Assembly (NCBI GenBank): GCA_964647565.1
Contig: CAZYIM010000018.1
Coordinates: 1 to 52,518, forward strand
Direction of reading: 5' to 3'
Source: an uncultured Methanosarcinales archaeon
GTDB taxonomy: Archaea; Nanobdellota; Nanobdellia; Woesearchaeales; CAZYIM01
DNA length: 52,518 nt
Shown: positions 29,924 to 39,413 of the stretch, piece after piece
How the letters are laid out: each line of letters opens with the position of its first letter
How positions within the stretch are numbered: the stretch's first letter is position 1
The notes under the pieces: generated by a model
What the model was told of the DNA's origin: nothing
Databases searched by the model: none
The model's input: the letters and a program-made list of their open reading frames with translations, nothing else
Translations under genes and position numbers: made by a program

Positions 29924-30048
29924 CCGTTCTAATAGATTATAAATTATGATGCCTAAATAATATATAAATCTTTTGTTAGTTACTATGGGGAAATGAAGAT
30001 TGTGGAATTTATATGTTCTTGAGAAAGTTTTAAAAAGGATAGAATCGA

Positions 30049-30345
30049 TTGATGATTATGGACAAGGTTTTGAAGACTGTGATTATTGTTGTTGTCATTA
30101 TTGTTCTTTTAATTGTTTCTGGCATGATCTGGTTGTTGAAAGGTTTCAATACGCATATTGGCGGGGTTGCGTCTGATATTTACGCCAGGGAAGCTGAGGC
30201 AATGCGTGAATTTGAAGAGATGGCCTTGAAAACTAATTGTGAAGATCTGAACGGCCAAGACTGGTCTGCAATGGAAGATTGTCCTGAAGGAAAACAAGGT
30301 GTGAGAGCCAAGGACTCATGCAAGTCGTGCCAGTGCTGCATATAG
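30049..30345 (+). CDS. Small membrane-anchored protein with Cys-rich tail
   Basis: N-terminal TM helix, six C-terminal Cys ending CQCCI. Confidence 0.65.
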   Translation: MMIMDKVLKTVIIVVVIIVLLIVSGMIWLLKGFNTHIGGVASDIYAREAEAMREFEEMALKTNCEDLNGQDWSAMEDCPEGKQGVRAKDSCKSCQCCI

Positions 30346-30407
30346 TGTTTATTTTTTTCTACAAAAGCTTAAATAGCTCTTTTTCCAGGTTAGTATTGGT
30401 GATAACC

Positions 30408-30662
30408 ATGTCAGTTGATTCTGAAATCCGAGAAGATGTTAAGCTTGAGATGGATTTGAATGAGGACCTGTCTGAAGCTATTGCTTTGGTTTTGAAACAG
30501 TATGATATAACTGGTACGTATATCTTTAATGTTAGACGGGATGCAGACTATGGTCATGATCCTATAACGCATATCAAAGGTAAGCAGTTGAAGATACCTG
30601 TTTATTGTATGGGCAGCGGTTATGCGACAGTGGAAGAGCCTCGGAAAGTTGGGCCGATTTGA
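30408..30662 (+). CDS. Hypothetical protein
   Basis: ATG 30408 with GGTGA ribosome-binding site. Confidence 0.55.
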   Translation: MSVDSEIREDVKLEMDLNEDLSEAIALVLKQYDITGTYIFNVRRDADYGHDPITHIKGKQLKIPVYCMGSGYATVEEPRKVGPI

Positions 30663-30805
30663 ATCGGAGATGTTTTGTTTTTTCTTGGTAAATGTTTTTT
30701 AAGGGATAGTTTTTACTGGATGATTATGTTTTTGACTGAAACAAAAAGAAATGCACGAAGCGGTTCTGGGCTTGGGAATGCAGGGTCTTCCGAAAAGTTT
30801 ATATA

Positions 30806-30827
30806 TAATTATACTTTAATTATACTT
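30806..30827 (+). promoter_or_regulatory. Perfect 11-bp tandem repeat, probable vapBC operator
   Basis: TAATTATACTT x2 between the TATA box and the ribosome-binding site. Confidence 0.55.
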
Positions 30828-30836
30828 GGTGATGAT

Positions 30837-31055
30837 ATGGAACTGATAGTCAAGCCCAGGCAGTGGGGCAATTCACTCGGCATTACATTGCCCAAGAAGG
30901 TCATCGAACAGGAGAAGATATCGATAGGTGACGAACTGGTCATAGAAGTGAAGAAGAGAAAGAATGTTGATGAGTTGAGAAAGCTTTTTGGGACTTTAAA
31001 GGTTGCTAAGAGTACGCAGCAGATAAAGGACGAGATGAGAAAAGGGTGGGACTAG
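30837..31055 (+). CDS. vapB: AbrB/MazE-type antitoxin (VapB)
   Basis: RQWGNSLGITLPK...ISIGDEL; start placed at ATG 30837. Confidence 0.88.
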   Translation: MELIVKPRQWGNSLGITLPKKVIEQEKISIGDELVIEVKKRKNVDELRKLFGTLKVAKSTQQIKDEMRKGWD

Positions 31056-31417
31056 TGAAATACTTCTATGACAGCTATGCAGTCATCGATTATTTGAAGG
31101 GTAATTCTAAGCTAAAAAAATATATAGAAGAAGCTAAAGGAGTGTTGACGCATATGAACCTTGTTGAGATCCATTATGCGGTGTTGACTGCTTTTTCTGA
31201 AAAAAAGGCTGATGATGTTGTTGAGGCTTTTGATAAGATGGTTGTTGTGCCGACTGCTGCTGATGTGATGAAGGCTTCTAGATTCAGGAAGAAGAATTCC
31301 AAGAAAAGGTTTTCTTATGCAGATTGCATCGGGTATGTTATTGCTAAAAGATTGAAATACAAGTTCCTTACAGGCGATAAGGAGTTCAAGGGACTGGATA
31401 ATGTTGAGTTTATTTAG
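31046..31417 (+). CDS. vapC: PIN-domain toxin (VapC)
   Basis: FYDSYA, NLVE, FSYADC, LTGDKEF; overlaps the antitoxin stop. Confidence 0.9.
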   Translation: MGLVKYFYDSYAVIDYLKGNSKLKKYIEEAKGVLTHMNLVEIHYAVLTAFSEKKADDVVEAFDKMVVVPTAADVMKASRFRKKNSKKRFSYADCIGYVIAKRLKYKFLTGDKEFKGLDNVEFI

Positions 31418-31916
31418 GCAGGTCTTGATTCTTCTGGTTCCTTTCCTGATATATGTCGATGTTGCTTCTTCTGTCTGCGTCTTCTATCTTGAGGTTAATA
31501 TTGTTTAGAAAGGTTTTTACCTGGTCCAGATTGTCTTTTGAGAATTTAACCTCTAGAAAGGTTCCAAGTTCCTTGACATTGTCCAAGTCGAGCCTGATGA
31601 TATCGTTCTTGAAGGTCTTTCTTGTCTTATGGAATGTTACGATGGGTTTATAGCCCAGATTGATGTAGATTTTCTTTAATGCTTCTGCATCTTTTATATC
31701 GGTTTCCAGATGGGTGTAAGTTCCTGAATCATCTGTCTTTATCTTCATGTCTGTGGAGACATCGTCTTTAGACACCTTTATCCTTAAGGTTGAGTTGGAA
31801 TTGGTCTTGAAGTAAGTGTATTCATGAGTGGAAGGTTCGGAAAAAGAGATTCCCTTGGAAGAGAGGAAGGCTTCGATAGAAGGTTGTACCAGGAATTTCA
31901 GTTGGGTTGTTGACAT
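31410..31916 (-). CDS. CYTH-domain protein (class IV adenylate cyclase-like), degenerate
   Basis: YTYF..LRI, KTRKTF, LDLDNVKELGTFLEV; N-terminal ExExK appears as TTQLK. Confidence 0.8.
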   Translation of the reverse strand: MSTTQLKFLVQPSIEAFLSSKGISFSEPSTHEYTYFKTNSNSTLRIKVSKDDVSTDMKIKTDDSGTYTHLETDIKDAEALKKIYINLGYKPIVTFHKTRKTFKNDIIRLDLDNVKELGTFLEVKFSKDNLDQVKTFLNNINLKIEDADRRSNIDIYQERNQKNQDLPK

Positions 31917-32015
31917 ATGAAGATAAAAGGAAAAGAAGTTTATAATTGTTTTGTTTAGGCTGCATGTGCTTTTTGTTAGAAAGGTTTAATAACCTGTTTA
32001 GATTCCCTTTTTTCC

Positions 32016-32747
32016 ATGGATTTTATTAAAGAGCATTTGACTGGGGTGTATCTTTTTTTTATTCCTGTTGGCAAGAAGAAAAGAGAAGAGATTTTGCAAA
32101 AGGTTAGGGATGATGTAGCTGAGTATGTGCCTAAGATTGAAGAGAGGATTGGAAAAGATCTTGGAGATTTGGTTGTAGATGATTCTAGAAACTCTTCTAA
32201 GGTTTTTGCTCCCACGCTCTATGATAAAGTAAGTTCTGAAGATATGGGTGCTATAAAGAAATTCGGCAGGAAGGTATTGATCTATGGGGTTGTAACACCT
32301 TTTGCAAGTGCGATGAGGAAGTTGAAAGATGCAAGTTTGCATTACTATGAAAATACTATCTGGGTGAATTTCGGACCCTATATGAAGATGGCGATGCTGG
32401 AAGCAGAAAGAGAAGGAAAAGATTTTGATCTTAAGCAGGGCACTGTTCATGAGATAGGGCACCATATGTGGCATTCTTTAGGTGGCGAGGGTGTCTGTGG
32501 AAGGAATGACTGTTCACCTGTTGGCAGGGCATGGTCTGAAGGCTATTCTGAATACTGTTCTACAATCTGGTTTAAGGATCTTTATCCAGAAGGGTTTCAC
32601 ATAAGAGATCCTAGCGAAGGTACAGATATGACATATAAGATCGGAAGGGATAGGGTTATAGAAGCTGTTGATAGATATGGTGAAGATATACTTCTGAAGA
32701 TTCCTAAGGAATGGGAGAGATTGGAGAAGGAGAGGATTCAGCACTAA
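32016..32747 (+). CDS. Putative zinc metallopeptidase (gluzincin-type)
   Basis: HEIGH followed by WSEGYSEY. Confidence 0.7.
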   Translation: MDFIKEHLTGVYLFFIPVGKKKREEILQKVRDDVAEYVPKIEERIGKDLGDLVVDDSRNSSKVFAPTLYDKVSSEDMGAIKKFGRKVLIYGVVTPFASAMRKLKDASLHYYENTIWVNFGPYMKMAMLEAEREGKDFDLKQGTVHEIGHHMWHSLGGEGVCGRNDCSPVGRAWSEGYSEYCSTIWFKDLYPEGFHIRDPSEGTDMTYKIGRDRVIEAVDRYGEDILLKIPKEWERLEKERIQH

Positions 32748-32754
32748 AACAGGC

Positions 32755-33774
32755 TTAATCTTGAGGTATTAATTTTGCCAAGTTAGTTATATAAGTATGA
32801 AGGCCGCGATTATAGTATTTTTCTTCGATTTCTTCGATCTTGGCAGAAGTCAGATGTTTTTTAAGATAAGATTCGAGTTGATTCATATTATTAGTTAAGA
32901 AATATTTTCTGAATCGGGATTCTAATCCTGGCAGTCCTTTGAAAACAGCGTTTAAGTTGTTTTTCCAGTCATTATAAGTTGCTGAGTTTGGAAAGTATGA
33001 ATATTTTTTAGGCGGAACTCTTTTATTCATTTTCTCCAGGTACAGCTCTATTATGCTTTCTTCAACCATGCTTTCATTAAAACCTTTGAAGCATAGATGA
33101 AGGCCTTCATGAAGGACAAAATTGAAAAATTGGTTTGGGCTATGATAGAATTCCCTATAATCTATGAACGTATTCCCGCTTATCCTGTCAGCATGTTCAG
33201 TATACGCTTCAGTAGGTTTTGTAATATCTGTCAATGATAAGGGTGAAGTTTTCTTGAATACTGACTGAAATCCTTGTTGAAAGAAGTCATCTGCTTCTTG
33301 GATTAGTTGGGTGATTTCTTTAGGCGGGTTGGATATTGCTCTTGCTAGACTGCCTCTGCTATGGGCTATCATTGTGATTGCTATTTCTTCAATGACTCTT
33401 TTTCTCTCGGTTTGGTAACTATGGTGGTTTTCTAGTCCAAACCTAAAATCTTTTGATGACCAGTTCTCATTTTCAGATCTGTATTTGTTGAAGAAATATA
33501 TTCCTAATTCTTCTTCAGAAGGATTTTTGGGTTTGTCGTTGAAGGTTCTCTTGGTCTCTGCTATTAATAGTAAGAATTCCAAGAGATCCTCGTCTTTGTA
33601 TATTCCTTCCTCGACTAGTTTTTCTTTGACAATCTTTCTTGTTTTGGAACCTTGATCTTCATTTGACATGTATGTTTTCAGAATAGGTTTAAGATGGGGT
33701 TTTGAATCGAAATGTTTTTTTAAGTTTGAGAATAGAGGTAATTTTGATTCTAGATACTGATCTGCATTATTCAT
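32755..33774 (-). CDS. Putative zinc metallopeptidase-like protein
   Basis: LHEGLH followed by VEESIIE. Confidence 0.55.
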   Translation of the reverse strand: MNNADQYLESKLPLFSNLKKHFDSKPHLKPILKTYMSNEDQGSKTRKIVKEKLVEEGIYKDEDLLEFLLLIAETKRTFNDKPKNPSEEELGIYFFNKYRSENENWSSKDFRFGLENHHSYQTERKRVIEEIAITMIAHSRGSLARAISNPPKEITQLIQEADDFFQQGFQSVFKKTSPLSLTDITKPTEAYTEHADRISGNTFIDYREFYHSPNQFFNFVLHEGLHLCFKGFNESMVEESIIELYLEKMNKRVPPKKYSYFPNSATYNDWKNNLNAVFKGLPGLESRFRKYFLTNNMNQLESYLKKHLTSAKIEEIEEKYYNRGLHTYITNLAKLIPQD

Positions 33775-33871
33775 GTGATGATGAATTAGGTAATTTATAA
33801 AAAGTTTTTGATTACTTTGCAGTGGTTAACGAACGGAAGATTTAAATACTAATTGGATATCACTTCTGATT

Positions 33872-34240
33872 ATGACACGTTCACCAGGTACAAAACCAAT
33901 AGATGTCCCTAAAGCAAAAGAAAAGATCGGGTCGTCGATTGTTGCCTATGATGGGACCTTTGCCGAGATTATTTCAGTAAGTTATGATAGTAAGAACCGT
34001 GTTAAAACTAATTTTAAGATCCTGCCAGAAGGTTCAAAAAGAGCCAATGTCTGGGGTTCATTCCAGGGTTCAATTCCCGCTTCATATATAGGGCAGAAAA
34101 TAAAGTTCGAGCATAGGGTTGAGCCATATCTTTGGGGTTTAAGGGAGAGAGTGTCTCAGAAGTTTGATCTGGTTGACAATCAGAATCCTGCAGTCCCTGA
34201 CAACATCTATGCAGATTTTACACAAAAACGTACTAGATAA
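33872..34240 (+). CDS. Hypothetical protein; its 3' end is duplicated downstream
   Basis: 122-aa ORF after a BRE/TATA element (GGAAGATTTAAATA). Confidence 0.7.
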   Translation: MTRSPGTKPIDVPKAKEKIGSSIVAYDGTFAEIISVSYDSKNRVKTNFKILPEGSKRANVWGSFQGSIPASYIGQKIKFEHRVEPYLWGLRERVSQKFDLVDNQNPAVPDNIYADFTQKRTR

Positions 34241-34264
34241 TTTCTTGAGATTTTCGTAGATCTT
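34185..34264 (+). repeat. 80-bp direct repeat A, left copy (gene 3' end plus boundary motif)
   Basis: 73/80 identical to 36304-36383. Confidence 0.9.
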
Positions 34265-34308
34265 GTGGGAAAATGTATTTAACTAACTGTTAATTCTTAT
34301 TGTAGAAT

Positions 34309-35502
34309 TCAACGGCTTGTGGCAGCATTGTATATAGCATTAGCCTGCTTCACAGTCATCATGTCATTGATGCCGTTCTTTTCGAATCTTGCTGGTTCTT
34401 TTGACTCATCGAAAAGGTCTATTCCTGCTTTTTGTGCTAGAAGATCTATTGGTCCGCCTTTTCTGTATATGTTTCCTTGGCTTTCTGTTCCTTCTGATGT
34501 CAGATCATATATTCCTGTCAATCCTTGCTTATTTGCACTTGTTAAGAATTCTTGCTGAGTGAATTTGATCTCTGGTTCAGTTATTACTTCTTCTGCTTGT
34601 TGTGTTGTAGCCACAGGTACTGTTTGGTCAATTCCTTTTTTACCAGTATGGTATTTATAAAACATTATTGCTGATGTTATGAGTATTGCTGAAGCTGCAA
34701 CAATTCCTAGTGCTGCGCCTGCACGAATAAAGTAGTTTCGCTTGCTAGATTTCTGCTCTTTTTGCGGTTCAGTTTCGATTGGTGGAGTGGTAGTTATTTG
34801 AGGGATTGCAGCTGGCTTTTCTCGAAGGTTTTCAAATTTATAAGCAACAAATACTGATTGAGGCTGCTCTGGATAAATATCATCAAGACGTTCGTATACT
34901 GCGTTAGAACCATTTTTGAAAGTAAATAAGCCATCACGCATATATCCGACTTCTTTTTCTATATTTCCAGGAAATGTTACAGTCTTCGGAACCCTCAATC
35001 CCTCCCATTCAAACACAAACGTATCCATGCCCTTTAGAGTATACTCTTTGATTAATTTTTCAACTTTTGCATTATTTGCTTCAGCTCCAATAGGGATCTT
35101 AGTTTGGGATTCTGGGATCAATTCCCTTTTTATGCTTATTCCTGGTATGCGAAGAACTTCTTCTAGTGTTTTTAGAGGTTCCATTTGGTTTAAATGTACA
35201 GAAACTTGTTCCACGACCTGGTTGTCTGCAAGTTTGTACATTGCTGGTGTGCGTAGGTCAGGATCGAAATGCTCAAACATCATGGTTTCTGGATTGATAT
35301 TGCCCAGGTGCATGACTCCGTGTTGTGGAAGTAGTGCCATCATAGCATATTGGACTTGTTTGAACTTGTCTTGGACTGGTTTAGAAATGTGTGCGTAGAC
35401 TGACGCTGGACTTTTCGGGTATGGTCTGATTGCACCTGTTAGTTCCAATACTTTTTCTATCTGGACTGGTATTCTCATTGTTGGTTGTGGCCCTTTTGTC
35501 AT
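34309..35502 (-). CDS. Hypothetical single-pass membrane protein
   Basis: 397 aa; TM AGAALGIVAASAILITSAIMFY after a Pro/Thr linker. Confidence 0.75.
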   Translation of the reverse strand: MTKGPQPTMRIPVQIEKVLELTGAIRPYPKSPASVYAHISKPVQDKFKQVQYAMMALLPQHGVMHLGNINPETMMFEHFDPDLRTPAMYKLADNQVVEQVSVHLNQMEPLKTLEEVLRIPGISIKRELIPESQTKIPIGAEANNAKVEKLIKEYTLKGMDTFVFEWEGLRVPKTVTFPGNIEKEVGYMRDGLFTFKNGSNAVYERLDDIYPEQPQSVFVAYKFENLREKPAAIPQITTTPPIETEPQKEQKSSKRNYFIRAGAALGIVAASAILITSAIMFYKYHTGKKGIDQTVPVATTQQAEEVITEPEIKFTQQEFLTSANKQGLTGIYDLTSEGTESQGNIYRKGGPIDLLAQKAGIDLFDESKEPARFEKNGINDMMTVKQANAIYNAATSR

Positions 35503-35608
35503 AGGTGTGGGAATTAATTTATTCTTTATAAATCTTTTGCTATTTACTCTTGTTCAGTGGTAACGGGGGCGAAAGACTTATAAAGATGTACTAAATAATA
35601 TCATTCCT

Positions 35609-36241
35609 ATGCAGAACATCAATTTATTGGATTATCTTAAAAACTCTTGTAATGAGATACTTGATAGAAACCCGACTGCAAATATTGTAGTTGTAGGCCC
35701 TTCTACCCTTGATAAAGATCCGAGTCTTCTTTGTCTAAGTGAGATGTTGTCAAATACAAAGGCGAATTTAACAGCCATCGAATTTCCAAAAAGCAAATGT
35801 TATAGTGATATTGATCTTCTTAAAAGACAAATAGAAGAAGAATGTAGGAAAGATAAATCTCTAAATAGACCTAAATTTATTGAAACCTCGATATATTCAC
35901 TTGAGAATACATTGGACCAAGATTCAGTTGAAATGATTTATGATCATGCTTCCTTCTATTGGAGTGTTATAAGTTATAGAAATTCTAATGAATTCTCTGT
36001 GGAAGGATGTAATCGGTTGGCTAGAATATACAAGAAACTATGTTCTCCTGCCGGAAGAATCATCATAACAGAAACGTTTAATTCTTTTGAAGAGGGCGCA
36101 TGGAAGGATGGAATCATTGACAGTCTAAAAAAGTGCAGACTAGATATAGAATATTTCAGAATAAAAGATGTTTCGCCTAAATTCACGGAAGTTAATCATT
36201 ATCATTGTAAGACCATGGCAGTTGCATCAAAACCTCTCTAG
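35609..36241 (+). CDS. Divergent class I SAM-dependent methyltransferase-like protein
   Basis: IVVVGP, LTAIE, SVEMIY, L.PAGRIII Rossmann pattern. Confidence 0.5.
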   Translation: MQNINLLDYLKNSCNEILDRNPTANIVVVGPSTLDKDPSLLCLSEMLSNTKANLTAIEFPKSKCYSDIDLLKRQIEEECRKDKSLNRPKFIETSIYSLENTLDQDSVEMIYDHASFYWSVISYRNSNEFSVEGCNRLARIYKKLCSPAGRIIITETFNSFEEGAWKDGIIDSLKKCRLDIEYFRIKDVSPKFTEVNHYHCKTMAVASKPL

Positions 36242-36303
36242 TTATAAGCTTCTTCCAATCAGGACCAGCAACTATTCAACCAAGTGCCATCAAGGAAAAT
36301 AAG

Positions 36304-36383
36304 ATCTTGCAATCCCTGACAGCATCTATGCTGATTTTACACAAAAACGCACTAGATAAGTTCTTGAGATTATCGTAGATCTT
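36304..36383 (+). repeat. 80-bp direct repeat A, right copy (orphan gene-end remnant LAIPDSIYADFTQKRTR*)
   Basis: 73/80 identical to 34185-34264; no upstream start in frame nearby. Confidence 0.9.
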
Positions 36384-36469
36384 CCGGGGATTATTGGTTA
36401 TTTGGCTGGTTTAATTAAATAACAAGCTTTATAAAAAAAGGTGCTTAAGTGAATGACAAGAGGTGCGTA

Positions 36470-37060
36470 ATGAAGAAGACTGTTGTTCTGTTGGTTGTTG
36501 CTGTTTTGCTTTCAAGCATGGTTCTTGCGGTGAATTCTTTTGTGATTAGGTCTGATGAAGAGATAGATGTTTCCAGTCCTTCGTTCCTGGTTTCTTTTGG
36601 TGTTAAGTTGTTTAAGGCAGGCTATAAGACTGAAGCTCTGGACATGTTCAAGATGGCTTTGGGTTCAGAAAAAGTTAAGGCACTGAATAATATAGGAGTT
36701 TATTATATAGACCAGGGAGATAGTGAAACAGCGTTACAGATCTTTGAGAAGGTGCTTTCGATTGATGCTCAATCTGAGGTTGCTTTGGCTAATTCTGCAC
36801 TTATTCATAATGCCAATAAGGATTATTCTTTGGCTATAGTTCCTTTGAGGAAATTGGTTGAGATGTTTCCTGATAATATAATGTATAACTATGATCTTGG
36901 TGTGAATATTGGTTTGAATTTTAGGGAGAATGAAGAAGGGGATCTTTCTGAAGCTGTTGAATATTTTAGAAAGGCTGAGTCGTTGGAACCTGGCTATGAA
37001 CATGCTAAAGAGAATATAGAAGTTCTTACAGAGATAATTGGGCTGATGGAATTATCGTAA
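36470..37060 (+). CDS. Exported tetratricopeptide-repeat protein
   Basis: Signal peptide; ALNNIGVYY...ALQIFEKVL, YNYDLG...AVEYFRKAESLEP. Confidence 0.85.
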   Translation: MKKTVVLLVVAVLLSSMVLAVNSFVIRSDEEIDVSSPSFLVSFGVKLFKAGYKTEALDMFKMALGSEKVKALNNIGVYYIDQGDSETALQIFEKVLSIDAQSEVALANSALIHNANKDYSLAIVPLRKLVEMFPDNIMYNYDLGVNIGLNFRENEEGDLSEAVEYFRKAESLEPGYEHAKENIEVLTEIIGLMELS

Positions 37061-37080
37061 ATCTTCTGGAAATTCTTGGA
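37052..37080 (+). repeat. Boundary motif copy overlapping the TPR stop codon
   Basis: TTATCGTAAATCTTCTGG identical to the copies at 42193 and 42935. Confidence 0.8.
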
Positions 37081-37115
37081 TTAGTTATTTGAAGGGCTGA
37101 TTTATTGAAGTTTCT

Positions 37116-37439
37116 ATGAGTCTGGACATCTTGAAGAAAAGATTGAGAACTTATAGTAAGAAAGATATAAGGTTCAATGAGCCTCACTTCTCGAAGATGC
37201 TTATGTTAAGGGACGGTAGTGAGGAAGAAGTTATTGATTGTTTATTGAATCCTGTAAACCTTGTTTATTATTATACTGAAAAAGGTAAGTTTGGAGATAC
37301 TGTTTATTGCCTTCATTTCAAGATCAGTAATACCAGGACATTAAGATTGCCTGTGATCTTTTCCAAGAAAACTTTATATATCCTAACTATACTAACTTAC
37401 ATACCGAGGTATAGAAAATGGCAAAGCATGGTAAGATAG
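37116..37439 (+). CDS. Putative toxin (DUF4258/RelE-like fold)
   Basis: FNEPHF..ML..R...EEV...L.NP; directly upstream of and overlapping a DUF2283-like gene. Confidence 0.55.
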   Translation: MSLDILKKRLRTYSKKDIRFNEPHFSKMLMLRDGSEEEVIDCLLNPVNLVYYYTEKGKFGDTVYCLHFKISNTRTLRLPVIFSKKTLYILTILTYIPRYRKWQSMVR

Positions 37440-37756
37440 TCAGCTATGATGGTTTGAATGATATTTTTGTAATACATAAAGGATTTTCAGCAGATGAAAA
37501 GTTCAAGGGAAATATAGATGCAGGTGAACTGGTTCTGGATATCTCTACAAAAGGCAGGGTGAGAGGTGTTGAAATCATGCATGCCACTAGTTTCTTTAAA
37601 GATTTTTCAATACCTCAGAAAGTTTTAGAAAAAATAAAAGATGCACAATTCGATGTCAGTTCTAAGCCCAATTCGATTATTCTTAGTTTGATTATCAAAG
37701 GCGTTGAGAAGGAGTTTCCGGTGAAGGTTGCAGTCCCCTTGGAAGTCAGTTCTTGA
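37418..37756 (+). CDS. DUF2283-like protein, putative antitoxin
   Basis: YD..NDIF.I...LVLDI...G.V.GVEIMHATSF. Confidence 0.75.
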   Translation: MAKHGKIVSYDGLNDIFVIHKGFSADEKFKGNIDAGELVLDISTKGRVRGVEIMHATSFFKDFSIPQKVLEKIKDAQFDVSSKPNSIILSLIIKGVEKEFPVKVAVPLEVSS

Positions 37757-37792
37757 GAAAGGTTTAAATATTTCTTTGAATTTCTCGTTTAT

Positions 37793-38335
37793 ATGGATTT
37801 GGTTGAGAAATTAAGGACTTGTTCTATAGATAAAAGGAGAAGTGTTGCTGTAGAATTAGGTAAGACTAGAACTGATCAGGCTGTGTTGGAGTTACAGAAC
37901 ATGGTTGGAGGAGGGGTCAGAGATTATACAGACAGGACTTGCAGGACTCTTTGGTTTAAGAGAGCTATAAGATATACTGTTGAAGAGCAATACATAGCTG
38001 TTTCCGCACTTGGAGAGACAGGGAGAAAAGATGTTCTTGAGTATTTGAAGAAAATGTATACGCCTTCGGTACAGGTTGAAGACAGGGAGAGCCATACTGT
38101 GCAGGGAGTGGATGGTATTGATGATTATTGGAAGGCTGAGGTCTATAGATATCCTCACGCTCAGATAGTATTTGCACAGAACTTAAGGTACGAGGTTAAT
38201 CTGACCAGTTCTAGCTGGGGTGCTGAGACAGAAAGGACTCAGGATCTGATAGAGAAAGATCGGGAAAGAATTCTAAAAAGCAGGAAATCACATCAAGTGT
38301 TTAGGGCAGCGATAGAGAAGTTGGAGCAAGTTTAA
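37793..38335 (+). CDS. HEAT-repeat-like hypothetical protein
   Basis: RRSVAVELGK...AVLEL and AVSALGETG...LEYL. Confidence 0.6.
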   Translation: MDLVEKLRTCSIDKRRSVAVELGKTRTDQAVLELQNMVGGGVRDYTDRTCRTLWFKRAIRYTVEEQYIAVSALGETGRKDVLEYLKKMYTPSVQVEDRESHTVQGVDGIDDYWKAEVYRYPHAQIVFAQNLRYEVNLTSSSWGAETERTQDLIEKDRERILKSRKSHQVFRAAIEKLEQV

Positions 38336-38411
38336 TTCTTATTGGGTGTTTTTGAAAAAAGTTCACATTCAAAATAGAAATATTTATTAAAAAGCTCATT
38401 ATGATAGCTAT

Positions 38412-39413
38412 ATGCCAAAAAGGATATTAATTACAGGTGGATGTGGATTTTTAGGGCAATACTTAGTCAATGATTTGTTAAATAGGTTTAAAGATAGTTA
38501 CATCAGGATATTGGATCTTAGACCAAACACCCACCACATCTTCAATTTTAACGATAATTCTAGTGTTGAAATCTTATTAGATAAAGATATCTGTAATTAT
38601 GAATCTATTAAAGATGATTTTAAGGGTATTGATGTTGTTATACATCTTGCAGGCATAGTTTCGTTTTCTTTGAAGGATAAGGATCTATTGGAGAGAGTGA
38701 ATATTAACGGAACAAAAAATGTTATCAGGGCTGTTATGGCAAACAAAATCCAAAATTTCATCCATATTAGTTCTGTAGCCGCATTAGGATATAATGACGA
38801 TAAAGATGATCCTATCGAAGAAAATTTTAAGTTTGATTGGAGAATTGCACAGAGTAAGAAGAAATATTATATGCTAACAAAACACTTAGCTGATGTTGAA
38901 ATTGAGAAGTCCAAGAAATTGAATGCTGTAATTCTATATCCTGGCTTAATGTTCGGTCCTGGCGATATGAATAATTCTGCTAAGCTAATAAATGCGATGA
39001 AGGAAAAAAGAATCCCTTTCAATATGCCCGGAGGAACAAATATTATTGATGTGAGAGATGTTTCGGCAGGAATAACTGCGGTAGTTGAGCACAATTTAAA
39101 AAAAGGCCATTATCTATTATCTGGACATAACTTAAAATTTTCAGAAGTCAATCAGATTATTGCAGATGAAGTTGGCGTAAAACCTCCGAAAAAGACTCTG
39201 CCCAAATTTCTAAGTCCCATACTTTATAGAATGCTCCTGTTTGCTGAAACGTTATCGAGGAAGAAGATTCAACTTACAGCAGATAATATTGATTCAGCAT
39301 TCAAATTTAGATATTTTAATAATTCTAAGGCTAAGAAAACCTTAAGTTGGAGACCCAAGATCAATTTTAGAAAAACAGTAAAAGATACGGTTAGATGGTT
39401 AGATTCGAAATGA
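38412..39413 (+). CDS. NAD-dependent epimerase/dehydratase (extended SDR)
   Basis: ITGGCGFLG, VIHLAG, NINGT, HISSVAA, YMLTK, IDVRDV. Confidence 0.92.
   Translation: MPKRILITGGCGFLGQYLVNDLLNRFKDSYIRILDLRPNTHHIFNFNDNSSVEILLDKDICNYESIKDDFKGIDVVIHLAGIVSFSLKDKDLLERVNINGTKNVIRAVMANKIQNFIHISSVAALGYNDDKDDPIEENFKFDWRIAQSKKKYYMLTKHLADVEIEKSKKLNAVILYPGLMFGPGDMNNSAKLINAMKEKRIPFNMPGGTNIIDVRDVSAGITAVVEHNLKKGHYLLSGHNLKFSEVNQIIADEVGVKPPKKTLPKFLSPILYRMLLFAETLSRKKIQLTADNIDSAFKFRYFNNSKAKKTLSWRPKINFRKTVKDTVRWLDSK

Noticed and set aside
34185..36383. Diversity-generating retroelement VR/TR pair
   Set aside because: Mismatches are not confined to adenines in either copy, and no reverse transcriptase is in the window
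37379..37398. 9-bp near-tandem duplication (ILT-ILT) in the putative toxin
   Set aside because: In-frame and imperfect; no sign of a larger repeat system
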